A DNA stretch of 64,000 bases. Origin: an uncultured Mycoplasmatota bacterium (GTDB taxonomy: Bacteria > Bacillota_I > Bacilli_A > Mycoplasmatales > Mycoplasmoidaceae). The stretch lies in NCBI GenBank assembly GCA_949517355.1, contig CATDIL010000004.1:1738-65737 (forward strand), given 5' to 3'. Below, in pieces: positions 47,861 through 56,190 of this stretch. Under the pieces are notes generated by a model. That model searched no databases and had not been told where the DNA came from. It was given only the letters and a program-made list of their open reading frames with translations. The position numbers were made by a program, and so were the translations under genes. Each line of letters begins with the position of its first letter. Positions within the stretch are counted from its first letter, which is position 1.

Positions 47861-48061
47861 ATGAAACAAGTTAACCAAGTTACTTACTTAAGCCCATCTG
47901 ATAAATCTTGCCCAATCTGTGGATCACACGATATTCAATCAGTTAGTCGTATTACTGGATACTTATCATTAGATGAAAGATTCGGTGCAGGTAAAGTTGC
48001 AGAAAAAAACTCAAGAGTAAGTCACAACAACGATTGCCACGAAAAAGTTTATAACAAGTAG
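47861..48061 (+). CDS. Free-standing NrdD C-terminal glycyl-radical domain (66 aa)
   Basis: MKQVNQVTYLSPSDKSCPICGSHDIQSVSRITGYLSLDERFGAGKVAEKNSRVSHNNDCHEKVYNK. It carries a CxxC followed by the RxxGYL glycyl-radical signature and the GK..E...RV.H tail that normally forms the end of NrdD. Confidence 0.8.
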   Translation: MKQVNQVTYLSPSDKSCPICGSHDIQSVSRITGYLSLDERFGAGKVAEKNSRVSHNNDCHEKVYNK

Positions 48062-48081
48062 TCTTTTTCTATTCTAGAGTC

Positions 48082-48114
48082 AAAAAAATAACCATTGATA
48101 GTGGTTATTTTTTT
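48082..48114. terminator. Bidirectional rho-independent terminator
   Basis: AAAAAAATAACCA-ttgatag-TGGTTATTTTTTT. The stop codon of the converging 48105..49754 gene lies in the 3' arm. Confidence 0.75.
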
Positions 48115-49754
48115 ATTTCATTTATGATTTTGTCAATTGTTAGTTTAGTTGGTTTTGTTCTAAACAAACCATAGTATGTTCCATTTGCTAATTTTCCATT
48201 ATCAAAATCTTTTTGTTTATATTTATCTATTCCATTTATTTGAAGCATGTAACATGAAATGTATTTTGGTTTAAAATCACGAACAATAACTGTTGTAGGT
48301 CTACTTCCGTGAGCGCCAACAGCAACTGCTGGAACTGCCAATGGTACTGAATAGAAATATTTAATTGTGACATTTGAAATAAAACTATGGATTTCTTTAG
48401 AAATCTTAGCACTATCAGTTTGTTTAGTTTCAATGATAATGTTAGTTTCAAATTTAACATCAGCAAATACTTTTTTATAAATAGAATCTACAAAAGCTTC
48501 TGATTGAATAGAAGAAGAAATAGGAATGTTTTTAGAAGGCAATTTATAGTCTTCTCTATAAAACAATGGAAGACATGAAAAAGGAGATTGGAGCTTACTA
48601 AATCTAGTAATAAAATTATTGATTTGAGTAAGTTTTACATCTTTCATTTGATCAAGATCATAAGAAGAACATTCAGTTAATGTACCAAATGAATAATTAA
48701 TACAATCACTATTTAGTAATTCTTTTAATTCATCTTCTTTTGATTTTCTTCTTCTAGAAGAAAGTTTTTTAATCTCAAATTGAGGTCTCTTTTGATAAGT
48801 AATTACATTATCACTATCTTTTAATAAAACAAAATCTGGATAAGTAGCTAATAAATTAACTATTTTTTCTTGAGTTAATACAGTGAATGCAACTCTAAAT
48901 TGTTGCTCATCATTTCTAGAACAAGCAAATTTTTTATCGAATTCTGGATTATCCATTGGCAATTGATCTTTGTTTTTTCTTTTAAACCAATGATGTTTTA
49001 CTTCATTATTTCCAATAAAAGACAAGTTTTTAACAAGATTGGTTTTAATTGCCATGTAATCATTAATCTTATATACAGGGAATGGTCAATACACAATTGC
49101 CATAGCCATTTCTGTCCCAGTACCATTTTGAGTACGGTAATGAATAGGAACTTCTTTAAAGTATGGCATATCAATTCAAGATTGCATTTTGCCTTTAGCA
49201 ACAATGAATGGAGTGCTGTACATTTCTCCAGAGACTAATTCACATATAGAAAAATCTTTGTCTTTATTAAATAAAGGAATAATTGAATCACTAAAGTTTT
49301 CTCATAACGGAATATGTTCATAAGAAAGGGTTGGAGAAAACTTAAAATCTTCAAATGATTTATTTAAAACATTTTCAATTACTCCATATGAACTATATAG
49401 TTTGTATAAAGGTTCTAGTTGTTTTTGTAATCTATTTTCTAGATCGTTCAATTCTTTGTTTTGAGATTCAATTTTTGGAGTAATGTTTTTTATTTGATTA
49501 TTAAGAATAAAATAAGGAAAAATTAATCAAATAAAAATTCATTTTAAAATATTTTTAGTTCTTCTTGATTTTTCTAATTTAGCAGTGTTATCATATAAAT
49601 CATAATATTTTGTTGCTAACTCTTTGTTTTCTGATTTATTAATATTAGACTTATTTAATAAGTTATTAAAGTATTGATCAAAAAGTTTCTCAGCTTCTAT
49701 CGTGATTTTATTACTATCTTCACTATTAGAAATCTGGGGATTTAATTGAGACAT
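48105..49754 (-). CDS. Single-pass membrane protein, DUF3137-like (549 aa), partner of LemA
   Basis: ORFs 49539..49754 and 48105..49055 are joined in one frame through six TGA; I translated 49056..49538 codon by codon. The TM segment is WIFIWLIFPYFIL, followed by a coiled coil. The block LPMDNPEFDKKFACSRNDEQQFRVAFTVLTQEKIVNLL resembles the DUF3137 signature. Confidence 0.7.
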
Positions 49755-49761
49755 AGTTTAA

Positions 49762-50409
49762 TTACTTATTAAGTTTTAGAGGAACGTCTTTTTGTTGCTC
49801 TTCACTTGCATTAAATAATGCAAATGTGTGTAAACCTTGTTTTGTTGCAACAACTTTTGCAGGGAATGTGAATAATTCTTGGTTAAATTGAGTAACAACA
49901 GAGTTATATAGTCTACGACTAGCAGCGATTTCTTGTTCTAAGTATTCTGCACTATTCATTAAATTTTTAATAGCTTCTGTAGAAGCGATCTTAGGGTAGT
50001 TTTCATAAGTTGCTAACAATCTAGCAAATGCTGAATCAATTTTTTGATTTGCTTCATTAAGGTTGTCATCTGTAATTTTATAACTTCTTAATTTAGTAAT
50101 ATCAGATAATAAACCTTTTTCAAAGTCCATAGATGATTTAGTAGCATCTACTAATTTAACTAAAGTATCACGTCTTTGAGCTAGTTGAATTTGAATTCCA
50201 CTAGCTTTTTCATTAATTTGCATTTGCAATCTATTGAATTTATTTTTCTTAGTAATAGAATAAATAAAAAATAAACCAATAGTTACAACTCCTAAAGCGA
50301 TATAGCCAACTTTATCACCAGTTGAACAAGTGGCGTTTATTTGTCTGTTTTGAACATTTGGATTAAATCCTTTTGTTTGTTGTTCATTTTCTCTTGTATC
50401 AATTAACAT
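49762..50409 (-). CDS. lemA: LemA family protein
   Basis: Intact 215-aa ORF with an N-terminal TM segment. QLAQRRDTLVKLVD...YENYP...RRLYNSVVTQFN is the LemA pattern. Confidence 0.88.
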   Translation of the reverse strand: MLIDTRENEQQTKGFNPNVQNRQINATCSTGDKVGYIALGVVTIGLFFIYSITKKNKFNRLQMQINEKASGIQIQLAQRRDTLVKLVDATKSSMDFEKGLLSDITKLRSYKITDDNLNEANQKIDSAFARLLATYENYPKIASTEAIKNLMNSAEYLEQEIAASRRLYNSVVTQFNQELFTFPAKVVATKQGLHTFALFNASEEQQKDVPLKLNK

Positions 50410-50587
50410 AAATTTCTCCTAATACATTAGATTATATAATTTTTGTTATTTAATTAATTTTTAATAATGCAATTCAAATAATAAAACATTTTCAAACAAA
50501 AATTGAACTTTTTTTGGAAAATTTTCGAACAAATTACGTACATTTTTTCGTTATTTTCATATTATGATTTTTTAGAAACAATTAATT

Positions 50588-50902
50588 ATGAACAACTTGG
50601 AAAAAGAAACTATTCTTATTAAGAATATTGAACAATTAAAACAAACTATTAAAGACAAATCTTATAATAGTTATGAATTAGTTGAACCGATTATGATTAA
50701 AGGTGTTAAATGCTCTAAACCAAAGCCTAAAGCTCCAAGATGATTTACAGAGTTCGCCAACGAACAACGTGCATTTAACAAAGTCGTTATTAATCGTTTG
50801 GATAACGTTGACAAACGTTTAGATAAACAAGAAGAATTTAATAAACAAACATCAATGCTTATTAAAACAGTTATTAAATTAAACAACTTAAAAACTGAAT
50901 AG
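50588..50902 (+). CDS. Small coiled-coil protein (104 aa), paralog of 54090..54329
   Basis: The ORF runs from ATG 50588 to TAG 50900 with one internal TGA = Trp. The C-terminal core FANEQRAFNKVVINRLDNVDKRLDKQ is shared with the second copy. Confidence 0.65.
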
Positions 50903-50928
50903 TTATTTCGAAATAGCACAAACCTTGT

Positions 50929-51114
50929 ATGTATATTAATAAAAAGAAAATCCTAGCTTTAATTAGAACTATTTCTAAACAAATAGATGACTGTATTGAT
51001 ATGTGAAAAGAAAATCAGTAAAACTATAAAGTATTATTAATATATTTTTTATTAACAGACAATAATGTAGCTCAAGATGTCTTTTGAGGTCTAATCAACT
51101 CTAAAAAGAATTAA
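50929..51114 (+). pseudogene. Possible gene remnant: 61-codon reading frame interrupted by an in-frame TAA
   Basis: MYINKKKILALIRTISKQIDDCIDMWKENQ-(TAA at 51019)-NYKVLLIYFLLTDNNVAQDVFWGLINSKKN*. It looks protein-like, but I recognise no family. Confidence 0.3.
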
Positions 51115-51122
51115 ATCTAACT

Positions 51123-52298
51123 TTAATATTTAAAATCACTAAACACTAATTCATTATTTTTTATTTCAAAAAATATTAATTTTACAGGGGCACATTTTTC
51201 ACTATATTCTTCATTAAATTTTCTAATTTTTTCTAAATTATTTTTAAAACTTTTTTTATTTAACAGACTTTTTTTACAAATAATTGCTGGGCATATATCA
51301 CACAATCTATTTGTCTTGTAATACTGAATAATTCAATCAACATATCTCTTAATTTGATTAACAATGTAATTTGGAAGTTCTTTACATTTTAATTCAACAG
51401 GTCAAATCTCAACTTGATCATTCCTTTTTAAATCAACTACAAAGTCAATACTCTGCATTCCAACACCACAACCCATTTCATTACCTATAAAATTAATTTT
51501 TACATTATCATTCTTAAAAAAACACTCATCTAATGAAGTATTAATATTTTTTCCAAAAATTTTACAAATATATGATTGTAGATGAACTTCAAATGATTTA
51601 TTATTTTTATTTTTAAATAACAACCTAGGTAAAATATTAATTTCTTCTTTTAGACCTTTATAAGTAGTTTTTACATTTGAATATTCAATTTCTTGAGTAT
51701 CTTCATTAAAAGTAATTTTTCTATTACTATCCAAAACATTCCTAGAGTTTTTATCTCTTATTACTTGTATTAATCTATCACTTTCATATAAAGTAATCAT
51801 AGTGTTACCTCTATTACCTCTTAATTTACGATAAATTAATGACCAAAGCATTTGATATGGATGTAAGATTTGTTTTATTTCATCTAAAGCTTCTCATTCA
51901 GTTATTCCTTTTGGATAAATATTATCTGGTTCAATTTGAACTCTAAAAGTTAAACTTTTACCTAAATCATTAATTAAAAATTGATTTTCACCATTACCTG
52001 CAAAAAATGATCAATCACTTTTTGCTTTGAATACTCCATAAAATTTCCCTTCAGCAAGATTATTTTCATTATGTCTAGTTGTTTCTTGTTGTAAATAAAA
52101 TATTATTTTATCTCCTTTACGAATTCTACAAGCATCTGCAGTCATACTTACCAACATTCTTTCAGCAGTTGCATTTAAATTTGATTCTTCACAATTATTA
52201 AAATCTACTATGTAATCTTTAGAACCAGTTCCAGCAAACATATATTCTAAATGATATTTAAATGTTTTTGAATTAACTATAAAAACGTGAGTAGTCAT
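51123..52298 (-). CDS. Type II restriction endonuclease candidate: PD-(D/E)XK core with an N-terminal region of about 200 aa of unknown type (391 aa)
   Basis: Track ORFs 52011..52298, 51402..51851 and 51123..51305 share one frame and are joined by five TGA; I translated the gaps by hand. The nuclease core is GCGVGMQSIDFVVDL...VEIWPVELKCK (D ... E-x-K). The start overlaps the methyltransferase stop (TAATG). Confidence 0.75.
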
Positions 52299-53017
52299 TA
52301 TTTACTCATCCTTTCTAAAAAACTTTTAAAATATTTTTTATCTATTTCACAACCAATACATTTTCTATTTAGGTTCTTTGCAGCAATAGCTGTTGTTCCA
52401 CTTCCTAAAAAAGTATCAAGGACTAAATCACCAGGGTTAGAATGCTTTTTGATTAAAGCTTCAAATAGTTTTAATGATTTTTGAGTAGGGTGGCATCTAT
52501 TTGATGTATGCTCAATTGGGAAATTATAAATACCATTGTCGTATTTAGAATTAAAAACGGGTTTATTGCCTTTAACTGCAACAACAGCAATCTCTCGTGA
52601 ATTTGTTAAATAATTTATTTTTGAATTTATAGGAACAGGATTTGTTTTAACTCATTCAATAAAACGTAGCTGTTTAAACCCCGAAAGAACTAGCATATTA
52701 GCTAACTCTTGTATTTTCCATAAATCTCAAAAAATAATTACAGTGCCGTGTTGTTTCAAAACTCTATAAAATTCATCACATAATTTAATGAAATTAATTT
52801 CATTACTTTGTTTTTTATCTCAATGGCCAAAGTCCATAGAAACTCTAAATCTATCTGTATAATTACCTTTCAAATCTCCAGATTGAAAATTTGTTTTACG
52901 AGAAATTTGATAAGGTGGATCTGTAAGAATTAAATCAACACTTCTAGAATCAATTTTTTTTAAATAATCAAAACAATCAATGTTTTCAAAACAATTATTA
53001 ATTGTTTTTTTTAACAT
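52298..53017 (-). CDS. Beta-class N6-adenine (or N4-cytosine) DNA methyltransferase (239 aa)
   Basis: ORF 52820..53017 extends through three TGA down to TAA at 52300..52298; I translated the whole stretch by hand. Motif IV LTDPPY comes first, then HPTQKS, then motif I DTFLGSGTT. That order defines the beta class. Confidence 0.88.
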
Positions 53018-53028
53018 ATTAAAATAAA

Positions 53029-53066
53029 AACTCTATAGGCTTAAACCTACAGAGTTATTCCTCCTA
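53029..53066 (-). promoter_or_regulatory. Leader element of the R-M operon: AGGAGG followed by a terminator-like hairpin directly before the methyltransferase ATG
   Basis: On the minus-strand RNA: AGGAGGAAUA-ACUCUGUAGG-UUUAAG-CCUAUAGAGU-UUUUAUUUUAAU-AUG. The stem is 10-11 bp, including one G-U pair. Confidence 0.5.
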
Positions 53067-53092
53067 ATTTAAAAATTACTAAAGAGCAGTTA

Positions 53093-53109
53093 CTCTCTCT
53101 CTCTCTCTC
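53093..53109. repeat. (CT)8C dinucleotide repeat, (GA)n on the minus strand, in a divergent intergenic region
   Basis: ta-ctctctctctctctctc-gag read directly. It lies 76-92 nt upstream of the methyltransferase ATG and 132-148 nt upstream of the PHP gene ATG. Confidence 0.95.
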
Positions 53110-53240
53110 GAGTTGCGACTAAATTCTTTTTATTAGTAGCCATAATTTAATTAGTTTGTTAAAACAATTATATTTAATTATTGTAGTCATATTCTATAAG
53201 AATAACATCATATAAATCAAATATAATTACTAATGAATTT

Positions 53241-54038
53241 ATGGGTAAAAAAGAATTTAAGTTTTTACATAATTATCATTCACATACCATCTATTGTTAT
53301 CATGCAGTTAACACTGTACAAGATGTTATTTTAATGGCGATTAAAAATGGTTGAAAAACAATTGGTATTAGTGAACATGCTCCATTAAACACTCATAGAA
53401 AATTTAGATTAAATTGAGATACTATTGATGACTATATCCAAGAAGTTTCTTTTTATAAAAGAAAATATAAAGATCAAATTACAGTTTTATGTGGATTAGA
53501 AGCAGAATATGATGGTTCTCAATATGAATACTATAAAAAGCTAAGAGATAAAAAAGGGATAGATTATATGATCTTAGGTAACCATAATATTGGTAACCCA
53601 AGTGATTGCAAAGTATGAAATGTAAATAATCCTGATTTATTTCAATACTATAAGCAATATGAAGAAGCAGCTAAAAGTGGTTTATTTGCTTATTGTGCAC
53701 ATCCAGATATTATTTACAGATATTATCTTAAGTGAGATGCGGATGCTATTAAAATAGCAAAGAAAATTATCGCTACTTCAATCAAATATGATTTTCCATT
53801 AGGTTTTAACATTAATGGTTTGAGAATGAAACTTGTAGATTTTGATTATCCTACTGATATGTTTTGAGAATTAGTAGCTAAATCAAAAGCTAAAGTAATT
53901 ATTGAAACAGATGCTCATGATCCATACACTATGAGTCAAGAAATGGTTGACAAAGGTGTTGCATTAGTAAAACAATGAGGGTTAGAAAAGAATTTAATTA
54001 ATAAATTAACTTTACAAAGCAAGCGTTTAAAGAAATAA
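53241..54038 (+). CDS. PHP-domain (histidinol-phosphatase family) phosphoesterase
   Basis: 265-aa ORF open with seven TGA = Trp, so it is absent from the track. HSHT..C.HA, GISEHAP, GLEAEY, AHPD and ETDAH metal-binding blocks are present. Confidence 0.8.
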
Positions 54039-54089
54039 ACCTATTTAAGGAATATCACCTCTAAATAAATAGAGTCATATAATATAAAT

Positions 54090-54329
54090 ATGGGGAAATA
54101 CCATTATCAAATTGAAAAACAAGAAACTAAAACATCAGGAGTTGTTGATTTAGTCAAAGTCAAAAAAACTTCACGTGGTGGTAAAAAACCATCAAAATTT
54201 TCAACTCGTGATTTATTGTTAGGATTTATTGATGAACAACGACAGTTTAATAAACAAATTATCAATCGTTTAGATAATGTAGATAATCGTTTAAACAATC
54301 TCGTTAAGCAAAACAACCTTAAAGAATAA
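54090..54329 (+). CDS. Small coiled-coil protein (79 aa), paralog of 50588..50902
   Basis: Intact ORF. The core FIDEQRQFNKQIINRLDNVDNRLNNLVKQNNLKE is shared with the first copy. Confidence 0.65.
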   Translation: MGKYHYQIEKQETKTSGVVDLVKVKKTSRGGKKPSKFSTRDLLLGFIDEQRQFNKQIINRLDNVDNRLNNLVKQNNLKE

Positions 54330-54341
54330 TTAAATCTATTA

Positions 54342-54376
54342 AAAATACACTTAGAATCTTTGGGTGTATTTTTTCT
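54342..54376 (+). terminator. Probable rho-independent terminator
   Basis: AAAATACAC-(13-nt loop)-GTGTATTTT followed by further T residues. Confidence 0.5.
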
Positions 54377-54430
54377 TTTACTTTAACTATTTAAAAACAA
54401 AGAATAAATATAATATTTAATAAAATAAAT

Positions 54431-56149
54431 ATGATGCAAAAAAAGCGTTTTGTGGATAAAGGTTTAAAAGCACATAAATTATATGCACAGACACCTTTGT
54501 TTAAAGCTGTATTACTTGTAGCTATTCCTGGGTTATTAATATCATTTATGTCAGGAATTTATGTTTTTGCTGATCAATTATTATTGTCTTTATTAGTACC
54601 AGAAGATCCTGTTCATAATATGGAGAAGATTTATTTAACTCAAGGAATTACTCAGGATAATTTAGATTGGATTAAAGATAATGTTAAAAATTTTGCTGAC
54701 ACTAAACAAATGGTAAAGAGTTCAATTGCTATCACTTTACCAATTATGATGGTAATTAATGCTGTTCCAAATATTGCAGCAATTGGTGCTGGATCAATGT
54801 ATGGTCAATGTATTGCAAAAGATAATAAACCTAAAGCATTGCAAATTTGAAAATCTACATTTTATTGTGCAATTTGCATCGGCTTATTATCATCATTAGT
54901 TTTTTATTCAATAAATGACTCTGTATTAAAATTAATGGCAGGTCATATACCACATTGAGAAAATGATGAACACCAAGTAAATGAATATTTTCAAATTGCT
55001 TATAGTACTCAAATTTTGTGAAGTCATGAATTTCTAGATATTCTATCATGAAGTTCAATTCTTAATGTGTTCATTTTATATTTCTCTTTTATGGTAAGAG
55101 CAGAGGGTAAACTTTCATTTGTTACAATTGCAGAAGTATTCTGCAATTTAGCAAATGTATTGTTTGATTATGTCTATATCAAGTATTTTCATACAGGTAT
55201 GAAAGGTGGAGGTTATGCCACACTTACTGGTTGAGCAATCAATTTTGTTGTTTATGCTGTATATATCTGAGTGCTTGGAATTCAGGGTAAAACTTGGATG
55301 AAATATAAAGACTTATTACCAAAAAATGGTATTCCAATATCTTACAACCTTCTTGTACCAATTGTAATTATTGGTTTATCTGTATTCTTAAGAAACTTTA
55401 GTAACGCATTTGCTAACACTGCATTTATGACGTTATTGGGTAATGTAGCTGAAAAAACTGGTAATGATTCACAATATTGACAAAGTATCTCAGGAGCTGT
55501 ATGGCCAGTAGGTAGTTTATTCTTTTATGCAATTTTTGGTATAGCAGATGGTGTGAGAACATTGGTTGCATACAACTATGCAAGAAATTTTTATGCAAGA
55601 ATCAAAAAAACATATTGATATGCAACATTACTATCATTTATATATGGTATTGTAATTTATACGTGCTTGGCAACATTCTTAGGCCAATGATTAATTGGTT
55701 TATTTGATTTAGATCCATCAATGGCTGCTCAAACATTGAAATACATGAGAATTCAAGTGATATTTATTCCTTGCGTTGCATTATCAATTGGTGGATTACT
55801 AATGTTCCAAGCTACAAACCAAATGGCTATGGCCAACTTTATTGCTGTTTTACAAGCATTAATAGTGTTCCCTATAGCTTCTGGTACTATGTATCCTGTT
55901 GCTATCAATCTTAATGATCCGTTAATGTTTGTAATAACTAACCCATTAAATACAGGGGTAGCTGGTTTGATAATTACATGCATCTCAATTGTGTATTTAT
56001 ACAAATATCTAGGTAGAACTAGATTTGATATGAGGGTAAATACAGGAACAAGAATAGAAAAAATAAAGATTTCTGTACCATCTAATGCTAAAAAGATGTC
56101 ATATGCTGAAAGAGAACTACAGAAATCTCTTATTCAATCATCTAAATAA
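54431..56149 (+). CDS. MATE-like multidrug/oligosaccharidyl-lipid/polysaccharide (MOP) superfamily transporter
   Basis: ORFs 54431, 55271 and 55721 share one frame via TGA. The 572-aa protein has about 12 hydrophobic segments. This is a family-level call only. Confidence 0.65.
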
Positions 56150-56190
56150 TTTTTCTTAATTTTTTAAGGTGTTTATATAATATAAACACA

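Noticed and set aside
48236-49238. Track ORFs 48236..48466 (-), 48998..49204 (-) and 48900..49238 (+) within the DUF3137-like gene.
   Set aside because: They are in other frames of a region that reads as one continuous 549-codon table-4 CDS.
50671-50919. Minus-strand ORF 50671..50919, and its twin 54107..54316, which share ...LSTLSKRLI...
   Set aside because: The shared peptide is only the antisense image of the conserved RLDNVD core of the two plus-strand paralogs. The plus-strand frames have proper starts, stops and a terminator.
53075-53140. Mini-ORF on the minus strand running through the GA repeat (MATNKKNLVATRERERE*).
   Set aside because: It is 17 codons long with no SD. All three frames stop within a few codons after the repeat, so slippage would not create a meaningful product. 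I treat the repeat as regulatory or intergenic.
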